Of a stretch of 64,000 bases of DNA, positions 1-8,595 are shown in pieces. The notes under the pieces were generated by a model, which made no database searches, was not told the DNA's origin, and saw only the letters and a program-made list of their open reading frames with translations. Both the position numbers and the translations under genes were made by a program. Each line of letters starts with the position of its first letter. Position 1 is the first letter of the stretch. Origin of the DNA: Bacillota bacterium (GTDB taxonomy: Bacteria > Bacillota > DTU025 > MWDF01); assembly GCA_029565935.1 (NCBI GenBank), contig JAKQNF010000016.1, positions 116,031 through 180,030 of the forward strand, given 5' to 3'.

Positions 1-1048
1 AGAATGCGAGCTCCATGCCCAGGTAGTGGGCTATGCCGATGCAGAAGTTCGCGACCGTGCCCTTGTCAAGGCCCTCGGGGAGCCAGTCCATGCGCTTGAG
101 ATAGCCCCTCACGAAACCGTCGTAGTACTTCCTGGCAACATCCGGCACCACGTATTCACCCTGCCTTACGACCGAGTAGCAGAGGGGGTCGAAGGTGAGG
201 TAGAGGCAGAACAAGTACAGCCCCGCCAGCTCCTCCTCGAGCCTGGTCTCGCACTTGGGCATGTTGATCCTTATGAACCTTCTCAGCTCGCTCGATATGA
301 GCTTTATTATCTCGGCCAGGAACTGCTCCTTAGATTCGAAGTGGCTGTAGAAGGAGCCCACGGATATCCCGGCCTTCCTTGTTATGTCCGCTATGCCGAC
401 CGACGCAAAATCGCTCCCGCCGAAAAGCTCCTTGCCCGATTTGAGCAGTTTCGCCCTGGTGTCCTGCACTATATCCACCGCCGGTGGCAGCACCCTGTTG
501 GGCAGGAATTCTGCCAGAGGTCTCATGGGGATGCCGGGGAAGGGGCCCTTCGTCAGTATGGAACAGAGAGTGTCGATATCCGCGGTATGTCCGTCGAAGG
601 CGTGGCGTATATTGGCGAATCTGAGGCCGGACATCGTGAACTTGTACTCTGACTCCGAGACTTGCCTGCCTAGGACAGATTCCAGGTGGGCGGTGTATAC
701 ATCGTGCAGCCTACGCTCGTACTCGAGCATCCTGTACTGGCCCTGCCTGAAGGCCCGGATGAGGTGCTTTCGCTGCACGGTGATGCGCAACAGGTCCCTT
801 ACGTAGTTCCTGAGCCTTTCTTCGAAGCCTTTGCCGTCAAGGGACGGTCCGCTTCCGACGACGTCTATGGTCCGTTCCATGATGTTAACGAGCAGCTCGT
901 CCTTGTTCTTGTAGTAGTGGTACGCGATGCCGTTGGAGACCCCCGCGTTCCGGCATATGTCCGCGACGGACACTGTCGAATACCACCTTTGGGCGAAAAG
1001 CCTCTCCGCGACCGATATTATCTTTTCCCTCGCTTCGCCTCTGCGCAT
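1..1048 (-). CDS. TetR/AcrR-family regulator with two tandem TetR units in one chain (3' end outside window)
   Basis: Reverse frame from ATG (1048-1046) stays open to the window edge (349 codons, no stop, so not in the ORF track). It has two TetR-type HTH segments: VSVADICRNAGVSNGIAYHYYKNKDEL (aa ~26-52) and VGIADITRKAGISVGSFYSHFESKEQF (aa ~217-243). Confidence 0.85.
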   Translation of the reverse strand, partial: MRRGEAREKIISVAERLFAQRWYSTVSVADICRNAGVSNGIAYHYYKNKDELLVNIMERTIDVVGSGPSLDGKGFEERLRNYVRDLLRITVQRKHLIRAFRQGQYRMLEYERRLHDVYTAHLESVLGRQVSESEYKFTMSGLRFANIRHAFDGHTADIDTLCSILTKGPFPGIPMRPLAEFLPNRVLPPAVDIVQDTRAKLLKSGKELFGGSDFASVGIADITRKAGISVGSFYSHFESKEQFLAEIIKLISSELRRFIRINMPKCETRLEEELAGLYLFCLYLTFDPLCYSVVRQGEYVVPDVARKYYDGFVRGYLKRMDWLPEGLDKGTVANFCIGIAHYLGMELAF

Positions 1049-1063
1049 TCGGCACCTACCTAT

Positions 1064-1078
1064 TTGAGAACCTATTCA
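1064..1078. promoter_or_regulatory. Candidate TetR operator, copy 1 (TTGAGAACCTATTCA)
   Basis: 15-nt motif in the divergent intergenic region. It recurs at 1209-1223 with one mismatch. Confidence 0.4.
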
Positions 1079-1208
1079 TCAATAAGTATATTACACTGAG
1101 ACGCTGAATCCTGCTAAGCCCCGAAGACAAATATTTGGTAGAATCCCGCGGAAAATGTTTACGCGAAGAAGGATATTGCCAATCCGCGATGAATATCATT
1201 AAATAAAA

Positions 1209-1223
1209 TTGAGAACATATTCA
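1209..1223. promoter_or_regulatory. Candidate TetR operator, copy 2 (TTGAGAACATATTCA)
   Basis: Second copy of the motif, just upstream of the KAS III-like gene RBS. With the following A it is a partial palindrome (TTGA...TCAA). Confidence 0.4.
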
Positions 1224-1252
1224 AGGCAAAACACGTGCAAGGAGTGTGCGAC

Positions 1253-2266
1253 TTGGACATAGGTATGATGGGATACGGGCTCTATGTGCCCGAATCGCGC
1301 ATGAACGCGGCGGAGATAGCCGCCAAGACCGGCATACCGGAGAACGTGATAGCGCTGAAGTTTGGCATCAAGGGCAAGCCGGTGCCCGGTCCGGACGATA
1401 CGACTGCGAACATGGGGCTGAAGGCCGCAAGGAAGGCCGTGGAAGCGGCCGGGATCGACCCGGGGGAGATAGACGTCGTCCTCTGGTTCGGCGCCCAGCA
1501 CAAGGACTATCCCTGCTGGCTCGCGAGCCTTAAGGTCGCTGACGCGCTGGGCGCGGTGAATGCATGGGGTTTCGACATGGAGGCCATGTGCGGCTCGTTC
1601 ATGGCCGCCCTGGAAGTCGCAAGGGGCCTTATGATGGCGAGCGATACGAACAGGACGGTCTTGCTGGTGTCGGGCTACAGGAACGCTGACCTCATCGATC
1701 TGAGTGTGCCCGAGACCACGTTCATGGCCGATCTGGCGGCGGGCGGCGCCGCTGCCGTGCTCAGGCGCGGATACGGGAAGAACGTGCTCATGGGGACGGC
1801 CTTCAAGGGGGACGGGTCTTTCTCGGAGCTGTGCGTGGTGCCCGTGCTCGGATCGAAGAGATGGCCCCCAGAGCCGGGCGACGACCAGAAGGCGTACTTC
1901 GGCATTGACGATCCCGAGGAGTTCAAGAAGAAGCTGGGCGAAAAGACGATGCCGAACTTCTACTGGGTAGTCAGGGAGGCCCTCAGGCGCTCGGGCGGGC
2001 TTACCGAGAAGGATGTCGACTACCTCGCGATACTGCATTTCAAGAAGAGCGCCCACGACGCGGTGCTCACAGAGCTTGGGCTCGCCCCAGAGCAGACGAC
2101 ATACCTCGACGATTACGGCCACATGGGGCAGAACGACCAGCTGTTGTCGATCGACCTGGGCCTTAGGGCGGGGAAGATCAAGGATGGCGACATAATCAGC
2201 ATGGTGGGGGCGGGGCTGGGCTTCGTATGGGCCTCGGCGGTCATGAGATGGGGAGGAAAGGCATAG
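1253..2266 (+). CDS. 3-oxoacyl-ACP synthase III (FabH/KAS III)-like condensing enzyme
   Basis: ORF 1235..2266. Thiolase-fold KAS III features include the active-site Cys context FDMEAMCGSF and the N-terminus GYGLYVPESRM. The likely start is TTG 1253, 8 nt after AAGGAG; starts at 1235 or 1265 are also possible. Confidence 0.8.
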   Translation: MDIGMMGYGLYVPESRMNAAEIAAKTGIPENVIALKFGIKGKPVPGPDDTTANMGLKAARKAVEAAGIDPGEIDVVLWFGAQHKDYPCWLASLKVADALGAVNAWGFDMEAMCGSFMAALEVARGLMMASDTNRTVLLVSGYRNADLIDLSVPETTFMADLAAGGAAAVLRRGYGKNVLMGTAFKGDGSFSELCVVPVLGSKRWPPEPGDDQKAYFGIDDPEEFKKKLGEKTMPNFYWVVREALRRSGGLTEKDVDYLAILHFKKSAHDAVLTELGLAPEQTTYLDDYGHMGQNDQLLSIDLGLRAGKIKDGDIISMVGAGLGFVWASAVMRWGGKA

Positions 2267-2312
2267 GCTTTTGGGGATACTGGATGTTATTAAGCACGGA
2301 AGGGTGATCGGC

Positions 2313-3050
2313 ATGAAGATGGCCGGAAGGGTCTGCGTCGTGACCGGCGGCGGACGGGGTATCGGAAAAGCGATCGTGGAGAAGTTCCTGGAGTACGGAG
2401 CGGAGTACGTCTACGCCGTGGACCTCAACCAGGATGCGCTCACAGAGCTCGAAGGGCGTTATGCGAACGTGAAGGGGGTAGTGCTCAGCGTGACCGACAC
2501 CGCGGCGGTCAACGACTTTGCGGGGAAGGTCAAGGAGGAGAAGGGCAGGATCGACGTGCTCGTCAACAACGCTGGCGTCACCAAGGACGCGCTCATCCAC
2601 AAGATGAGCGACGAGGACTGGCAGTTCGTCATCGACGTGAACTTGAAGGGGCCCTTCATCATGACAAGGGCGATAGGCCCGATGATGATGGAGCAGGGTA
2701 AAGGCACCATCGTGACGATATCTTCGGTGGTAGGGCTTGACGGCAACATCGGGCAGACTAACTACGCCGCCACCAAGGGCGGTGTCGTGTCGATGACGAA
2801 GACGTGGGCCAGGGAATTCTCGAGGAAGGGCGCGAATGTGCGCGCCAACGCCGTGGCCCCGGGGTACATAAACACGCCGATGATGGCCACGGTCCCGGAC
2901 AAGGTGCTTGATCCCATCAAGGAGAAGACCTACTTCAAGAGGCTCGGGGAACCAAGCGAGATAGCCGAGGTGGTCGCGTTCTTGGCGAGCGACGAATCGA
3001 GCTACGTGACCGGACAGGTGATCAGAGCGTCCGGAGGACTGGTGATCTGA
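2313..3050 (+). CDS. Short-chain dehydrogenase/reductase, FabG-like 3-oxoacyl reductase
   Basis: Motifs TGGGRGIG (NAD(P) binding), NNAG, and catalytic S...YAATK. The ATG at 2313 gives the usual ~245 aa length. Confidence 0.85.
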   Translation: MKMAGRVCVVTGGGRGIGKAIVEKFLEYGAEYVYAVDLNQDALTELEGRYANVKGVVLSVTDTAAVNDFAGKVKEEKGRIDVLVNNAGVTKDALIHKMSDEDWQFVIDVNLKGPFIMTRAIGPMMMEQGKGTIVTISSVVGLDGNIGQTNYAATKGGVVSMTKTWAREFSRKGANVRANAVAPGYINTPMMATVPDKVLDPIKEKTYFKRLGEPSEIAEVVAFLASDESSYVTGQVIRASGGLVI

Positions 3051-3126
3051 CGGCGTCGGCGTGAAGGCCGGCGCGGTATCGGAAGGTAAGCATCGGAAGT
3101 CTGAGATTGAACATAGGAGGGGTAAA

Positions 3127-4305
3127 ATGAAGAAGATCCTTATCATCGCCCTTGCCCTGGCGCTCCTGGCGGCAGGTACCGTCATGGCGGCGGAACCCGG
3201 AGTGACCGAGAAGGAAGTCCTCGTAGGCAGCTTCATAGCGCAGTCTGGCCCTTACGCCGCGATCGGCGTCCCTTATGCCAACGGCATCAAGGCCTATTTC
3301 AACTGGATCAACAAGAACGGCGGAGTCAACGGCCGCCAGATCAAGTTCGTCGTCGAGGACGACCAGATGAACGCGGCCAACACGACTGTCGCGGTCAAGA
3401 AGCTCGTCGAGCAGGACAAGGTGTTCGCACTCGTGGGCGGGCTGGGCACCCCCGGCGTCGTGGCGACCTACAAGTACCTTGAGACCAACAAGGTGCCCCA
3501 CATCTACCAGGGCGCCGGCACCGGCATCATAGCTATACCGCCGAACAGGTACATCTTCCCCGTGCAGCCCAACTACACCACCGAGGGCGTGCTCATGGTG
3601 AAGTACCTGGCCGAGACGAAGAAGGCCAAGACCATAGCCGTCATCTACAGGAACCTCGACGACGGCAAGGAGATCGCCGCTTCCGTGAAGGCCGAGGCGG
3701 CCAAGCGCGGCCTTAAGGTCGTGGCGGACATCCCCATCGAGGCCACCGCTTCCGACATGTCGTCGCAGATCCTGCAGCTCACGGCAGCGGATCCGGACGC
3801 CGTCGTAATCGGCCTGTTCAACCCCCAGAGCGCCTCTTTCCTCAAGCAGGCCAGGGGTGATTTCAAGCTTACGAGGCCCACGTACTTGATGACGTATTCC
3901 AACGCCGACCTTACCGTGGCGGCCGGAGCTGCCGGCAACGCGGTCGGAGTAGAGGCGATGGCGTGGGTCAACGTCGACTTCACTAACTCGAACCTGCCGA
4001 TATTCAAGGTATACCAGCAGACATTCCCGGGCCAGCTGCCCAACGCGTTCGGAGTGGCGGGGCTGACCGCCGCCGAGATCTTCGTGGAGGGCCTGAAGAG
4101 GGCCGGAAGGAACCTGACCAGGGAAGGTCTAGTGAAGGCGATGGAGTCATTCGACAAGTTCACCGGTATGGTGGCCGTGGACATCAGCTACGGCCCGTAC
4201 GATCCCAACGACTGGACATGCAGGCTCGGCAAACAGTCGATGTACGTCTTGAGGTTCACCAAGGACAGCCTTGAGGTCGCGAGCGACTGGATTTACCTCA
4301 GATAG
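3127..4305 (+). CDS. ABC transporter substrate-binding protein, LivK/Leu-Ile-Val-binding family
   Basis: Signal peptide MKKILIIALALALLAAGTVMA follows AGGAGG. It has a type I periplasmic binding fold and sits upstream of livGFHM-type genes. Confidence 0.85.
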   Translation: MKKILIIALALALLAAGTVMAAEPGVTEKEVLVGSFIAQSGPYAAIGVPYANGIKAYFNWINKNGGVNGRQIKFVVEDDQMNAANTTVAVKKLVEQDKVFALVGGLGTPGVVATYKYLETNKVPHIYQGAGTGIIAIPPNRYIFPVQPNYTTEGVLMVKYLAETKKAKTIAVIYRNLDDGKEIAASVKAEAAKRGLKVVADIPIEATASDMSSQILQLTAADPDAVVIGLFNPQSASFLKQARGDFKLTRPTYLMTYSNADLTVAAGAAGNAVGVEAMAWVNVDFTNSNLPIFKVYQQTFPGQLPNAFGVAGLTAAEIFVEGLKRAGRNLTREGLVKAMESFDKFTGMVAVDISYGPYDPNDWTCRLGKQSMYVLRFTKDSLEVASDWIYLR

Positions 4306-4320
4306 CATAACGGATACCAG

Positions 4321-4352
4321 GGCCGCGGGACCCCTTCGGGGGAGCCGCGGCC
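4321..4352 (+). other. GC-rich intercistronic hairpin after the SBP gene
   Basis: GGCCGCGG (4321-4328) pairs with CCGCGGCC (4345-4352), with an inner CCCC-TTCG-GGGG. No T-tract follows. Confidence 0.5.
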
Positions 4353-4376
4353 TACTTCCATGTAAGGAGCGCCCAG

Positions 4377-5147
4377 ATGCTAGAGACTCGTAACGTAACC
4401 GTCCGTTTCGGCGGCCTGACCGCCGTAAAGGACATGTCCATGAAAGTAGCGCCGGGCACGATCCATTCGCTTATAGGCCCGAACGGCGCCGGCAAGACCA
4501 CGCTCTTCAACGTTATCTCCCGGATAATCGAGCCTACTTCCGGTGATGTTCTCTTCCGCGGGGAGAGCCTGAACGGGCTCTCCTCCGAGAAGGTCGTCTA
4601 CAGGGGCATAAGCAGGACGTTCCAGAACCTGCAGCTTTTCCGCAACACCACGGTGTACGAGAACGTGCTCTCCGGGCTCATCCATGAGTACAAGGGAGGG
4701 GAGATACCCTTCCTGCCGGGCGCGGGCAGGCGATTCATGGAAGGGACCCGCGACAGGGTGCTCGAGGTGGCGGAGATGATGGGCATAAAAGACAGGCTCA
4801 ACTCGATGCCCCAGTCCCTGCCGTACGGCATTTTGAAGAGGGTCGAGCTGGCCAGGGCGCTCGTGTCGGCGCCGAAGCTGCTTCTTCTCGACGAGCCCGC
4901 GGCGGGGCTGAACAACGACGAGACCCGCGAGATGGACCAGGTCTTCAGGAGGGTGAAGGCCGCCGGCGTCACCATGCTTCTCGTGGAGCACGACATGAAC
5001 ATGGTCATGGAAGTGTCCGACATGATAACGGTCATGAACTTCGGAGAGAAAGTTGCGGAAGGCCCTCCGGCCGTTATAGCCTCCGACCCGAAGGTCATCG
5101 CGGTATACCTTGGGAAGTCGGACATGGGGGTGAGGAAGCGTGCTTAG
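4377..5147 (+). CDS. livG: Branched-chain-type ABC transporter ATP-binding protein (LivG family)
   Basis: Walker A GPNGAGKTT, signature-region LPYG, Walker B LLLLDEPAAGL. Confidence 0.9.
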   Translation: MLETRNVTVRFGGLTAVKDMSMKVAPGTIHSLIGPNGAGKTTLFNVISRIIEPTSGDVLFRGESLNGLSSEKVVYRGISRTFQNLQLFRNTTVYENVLSGLIHEYKGGEIPFLPGAGRRFMEGTRDRVLEVAEMMGIKDRLNSMPQSLPYGILKRVELARALVSAPKLLLLDEPAAGLNNDETREMDQVFRRVKAAGVTMLLVEHDMNMVMEVSDMITVMNFGEKVAEGPPAVIASDPKVIAVYLGKSDMGVRKRA

Positions 5148-5835
5148 GGCGGAAGGCTTCACCGTAAGCTACGGCCACGTAAGGGCGGTAAAGGGGATAT
5201 CCTTCGAGGTCGGCAGGGGCGAGATAGTGGCGGTCATAGGGGCCAACGGCGCAGGCAAGTCCTCCACCGTGATGGGCCTTGCGGGAATCGTCGAATCGGG
5301 CGGGATGGTGGAGTTCGACGGGGAGGACATCTCCAGGGCGACGAACTACGCCAGGGTTTCGAAGGGGCTGGTGCTATGTCCGGAGGGCAGGCACATCTTC
5401 CCGGAGCTGACCGTGAACGAGAACTTGAAGATGGGCTCGTACAGGAGGGGCAGCTTCCTAAAAGGGCTCGGCCTCGTCCATGACCTGTTCCCGGTCCTCA
5501 AGGAGAGGAAAGACCAGGTGTCCGGCTACCTTTCGGGAGGGGAGCAGCAGATGCTGGCGATCGGAAGGGCGCTCATGGCCGATCCCAAGCTGCTGATGCT
5601 AGACGAGCCATCCTTGGGCCTTGCGCCGATACTCGTAGACCAAGTCTTCGAATCCCTCGAAAGGCTAAGGGAGGAACGCGGCCTTTCCATATTGCTAATA
5701 GAGCAGAACGCATTCAAGGCGCTTGGGATATCGCAGCGCGCGTACATCATGGAGACCGGCAGGATAGCGCTCGAAGGAAGATCCGAGGACCTTCTTGAGT
5801 CGGAGGACGTCAAGAAGGCATACCTCGGCATATAG
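5140..5835 (+). CDS. livF: Branched-chain-type ABC transporter ATP-binding protein (LivF family)
   Basis: Walker A GANGAGKSS, signature LSGGEQQ, Walker B LLMLDEPS. It overlaps livG by 8 nt. Confidence 0.9.
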   Translation: MLRAEGFTVSYGHVRAVKGISFEVGRGEIVAVIGANGAGKSSTVMGLAGIVESGGMVEFDGEDISRATNYARVSKGLVLCPEGRHIFPELTVNENLKMGSYRRGSFLKGLGLVHDLFPVLKERKDQVSGYLSGGEQQMLAIGRALMADPKLLMLDEPSLGLAPILVDQVFESLERLREERGLSILLIEQNAFKALGISQRAYIMETGRIALEGRSEDLLESEDVKKAYLGI

Positions 5836-5846
5836 GGGGTACGGCT

Positions 5847-6779
5847 ATGAATTTGGGGATCAAGTTGATGCAAGCCGTCCTCTTCGGGCTCTCCAAGGGG
5901 TCGCTGTACGGACTCATGGGCCTGGGCATATCATTGATATTCCGCACCGTGGACGTGATGAACTTCGCCCACGGCAACTCGGGGATGTTCGCGACGTTCG
6001 TCGCGCTGTCAGTCTATCTTCTCACAGGCAACGTGGTGCTCATGCTCCTCGCCGGGGCTGCCGCCGGGCTGGTGCTGGGCGTGCTGATAGACAAGTTCCT
6101 GATGAAAAGGGTCAAGGGCCTGTCTCACAGTTCGATGCTGATAATCACGCTGGGGCTGCTGATGATAATAGAGGCGCTGGCCTTCGCCATATGGGGGACC
6201 GAGCCTCTGATATTCCCCAAGGTTGTGGACAGGGCCCCGCTTATAGTAAGGCTCAGCAAGGGTATGCTCATACTTCCCGCAAACGACCTGGCAGGCGCCT
6301 TGATAGCGCTGGGGGTTTCGGTGGCGCTGGCCTTCTTCTTCAAGTACACGAAGTTCGGCACGGCGGTAAGGGCAAAGGCGCAGGACGTCGTGGGCGCGCA
6401 GGCGGTCGGGGTGAACACGAAGAGCGTCGACGCGGCGGCCTGGGGGATAGGGATCGCCCTGTCGGCGCTTGTGGGTATGCTGATCGCCTACAAGTCGTCG
6501 GTCACGCCGTCGATGATGGTGGAGATGCAGATATATGGGCTTACGGCGGCGGTGCTCGGAGGGTTCTCCAGCCTCTTCGGCGCCATAGTCGGAGGCCTGA
6601 TGCTCGGCCTCATCCAGGAGACGGTCGTGACCTTGATGTCCGCCGGCTTCACCGCTCTTAACATAACGTCGTCCAATCCGGTGGACTACCAGTTCTCGAT
6701 AATACTGATCATAATCATCGTCATGCTGGCGGTGAAGCCCGACGGGCTCTTCGCCTCCAGGTTCAAGGGGAAGGTGTGA
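5847..6779 (+). CDS. livH: Branched-chain-type ABC transporter permease (LivH family)
   Basis: Polytopic hydrophobic protein with LivH-like sequence and operon position. Confidence 0.85.
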   Translation: MNLGIKLMQAVLFGLSKGSLYGLMGLGISLIFRTVDVMNFAHGNSGMFATFVALSVYLLTGNVVLMLLAGAAAGLVLGVLIDKFLMKRVKGLSHSSMLIITLGLLMIIEALAFAIWGTEPLIFPKVVDRAPLIVRLSKGMLILPANDLAGALIALGVSVALAFFFKYTKFGTAVRAKAQDVVGAQAVGVNTKSVDAAAWGIGIALSALVGMLIAYKSSVTPSMMVEMQIYGLTAAVLGGFSSLFGAIVGGLMLGLIQETVVTLMSAGFTALNITSSNPVDYQFSIILIIIIVMLAVKPDGLFASRFKGKV

Positions 6780-6785
6780 ACCCGG

Positions 6786-8513
6786 ATGAAGAAGAGCTTG
6801 TTGAGGTACATATCGATTGCGATTACAGTCGGGGTCGGGCTGGGGCTCGTTTTCCATTCGCAGACCTACATACTGGCCATATTCTCGCGCCTGCTCATAT
6901 TCGCGATCGCCGCGACGGGCCTTAACATACTTACCGGGATGGCCGGACAGGTCTCGATAGGGCATGCCGCTTTCATGGCGCTGGGGGCCTATACTACGGC
7001 GTTCCTATCGCAGAGGTACGGGCTGCCGTTCGCGGTGAACCTCCTGCCGGTCGTGCTGGTTACGGCGCTTTTTGGCTACATAATCGGCCTGCCGGCGCTC
7101 CGTATGAAGGGATTCTACCTCGCGATCGCGACCATGGCCTTCGGTGTCGTCATCGAACAGCTCATAGCCGGCCAGGCCTGGCTGGGAGCCCATACGGGCA
7201 TCAGGGAGATAGCGCCCTTCTTCAAGGCGGAGATACTTAACTACGCCGTCAACCTGGGCTTCTTCCTGCTACTTTCGGTGGGGGCGTTCTCGCTGATAGA
7301 TTCTCCCATGGGTACTAAGTACAGGATGGTGAGGGATTCTGAGATAGCCGCCAGGGCCTACGGCGTCGACGTCTCGAAAGTCAAACTACACGCCTTCATG
7401 ATAAGCGCGGTCTACGGGGGCATCGCCGGTGCGCTGTACGCCCACACGGTCGGTTTCATCATACCTTCCAGCTTCGGGCTCTCGATATCCGTGAACCTGC
7501 TGGCAGCGATCATGATAGGCGGCCTCGGCTTCGTGCAGGGCTCTTTGTATGGAGCAGTCCTGATCTTCGGGCTTCCGTACTTCATGTCAAGGGGTTTCGG
7601 CCAATGGCTCACGCTGATAATCGGCGTGATGCTGATAGTGTTCGTGATGTTCTTCCCCAAGGGAGTGTCCTACGGGCTCATGATGCTGTGGCACAGATGG
7701 GCGCAAAGGCCGGTCATATGGGCGAGGAGGAGGTTTATCGGCGGCATGAGGAAGGATTCCAAGTTCGTGGAGGTAAAAGGCAAGAAGATACATTATCTGG
7801 AACATGGCGGGGGAAGCCCCGTCCTGATGATCCACGGGAATACCGGATCGTCCGATTGGTACGAGGACGTGATGGACATCGAGGGGATGAGGTGCATAGC
7901 CCCGGACCTTCCAAACTGCGGCCTGTCTGACAGGATCGACACGGGCGACATGGACGTATACGCCGACTACATGCTCGGCTTCATGGATTCGCTCAGGATA
8001 GGGGAGGCCGTCGTGGTCGCGCATTCCCTGGGCGGCGCCGTCGCTGTCTCGATGGGCTGCCGGCACCCAGAAAGGGTAAGTAAGATGCTGCTCATTGACC
8101 CTTGCCCCGTGAAGGGGCTGATCACCCCTGAAGAGCACTACCCCGTGATCGAGCTGTACAAGACGTCCAGGGACATGATGAAAGCGGCGCTGGGCGCCAT
8201 GACGCCCTCCATGAAGGACGACGCGAAGCTCAACAGGCTGGCGGACGGCGCCTTCAGGATGAACCAGGCGAGCTTCACCGAGCATCCCAGGGCGTTGGCG
8301 AGGTTCGACTATACGGGTAGATGCAAGGGCTTCAAGGGCAAGGTGCTGATAGTGGTGGGCAAGAAGGACACGCTGATAACGGAGGGGATGGCCAAAGAAT
8401 CCGCCGCCGAGTTCACTAACGCGGAAGTAAGGGTGATGGAAGGGATCGGCCACTCTCTCATGGTGGAGGACCCGGTGAAGTTCGTAGGACTGGTGAAAGA
8501 ACTGGCGGGCTGA
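6786..8513 (+). CDS. livM: LivM-family ABC permease fused to a C-terminal alpha/beta-fold hydrolase
   Basis: The N-terminal ~320 aa are a LivM-like polytopic permease. From about nt 7764 the sequence is VEVKGKKIHYLEHGGGSPVLMIHG (oxyanion HG), AHSLGG (nucleophile elbow), KKDTLI and GIGHSLMVEDP (Asp/His candidates). Confidence 0.85.
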   Translation: MKKSLLRYISIAITVGVGLGLVFHSQTYILAIFSRLLIFAIAATGLNILTGMAGQVSIGHAAFMALGAYTTAFLSQRYGLPFAVNLLPVVLVTALFGYIIGLPALRMKGFYLAIATMAFGVVIEQLIAGQAWLGAHTGIREIAPFFKAEILNYAVNLGFFLLLSVGAFSLIDSPMGTKYRMVRDSEIAARAYGVDVSKVKLHAFMISAVYGGIAGALYAHTVGFIIPSSFGLSISVNLLAAIMIGGLGFVQGSLYGAVLIFGLPYFMSRGFGQWLTLIIGVMLIVFVMFFPKGVSYGLMMLWHRWAQRPVIWARRRFIGGMRKDSKFVEVKGKKIHYLEHGGGSPVLMIHGNTGSSDWYEDVMDIEGMRCIAPDLPNCGLSDRIDTGDMDVYADYMLGFMDSLRIGEAVVVAHSLGGAVAVSMGCRHPERVSKMLLIDPCPVKGLITPEEHYPVIELYKTSRDMMKAALGAMTPSMKDDAKLNRLADGAFRMNQASFTEHPRALARFDYTGRCKGFKGKVLIVVGKKDTLITEGMAKESAAEFTNAEVRVMEGIGHSLMVEDPVKFVGLVKELAG

Positions 8514-8533
8514 CGGGCCTTATAGTCCACTGA

Positions 8534-8568
8534 ACGGATGGCCTCCTTAATTCAAGGAGGCCATCCGT
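8534..8568. terminator. Bidirectional hairpin between convergent genes
   Basis: Perfect 15-bp inverted repeat ACGGATGGCCTCCTT / AAGGAGGCCATCCGT with a 5-nt loop. Confidence 0.7.
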
Positions 8569-8595
8569 CTATTTCCCATGAAAGCTGCGCAGCAG

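Noticed and set aside
26-1099. Plus-strand track ORFs 26..652, 384..806 and 686..1099 (137-208 aa)
   Set aside because: Their translations are low-complexity and motif-free. The opposite strand encodes a clean TetR protein with two HTH motifs across the same span, so these are antisense shadows.
1199-3501. Long minus-strand ORFs 1199..2314 (371 aa), 2241..3236 (331 aa) and 3022..3501
   Set aside because: They are Arg/His/Pro-rich with no domain motifs. They lie exactly antisense to well-supported FabH-like, FabG-like and SBP genes. This is typical of GC-rich DNA with few stop codons on the antisense strand.
5795-8453. ORFs 5795..6661(+), 6009..6965(-) and 7587..8453(-), each ~290-320 aa
   Set aside because: They are alternative-frame or antisense to the LivH and LivM-hydrolase genes. 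Their composition is Arg/Gly/Asp-rich, and they have no RBS or motifs.
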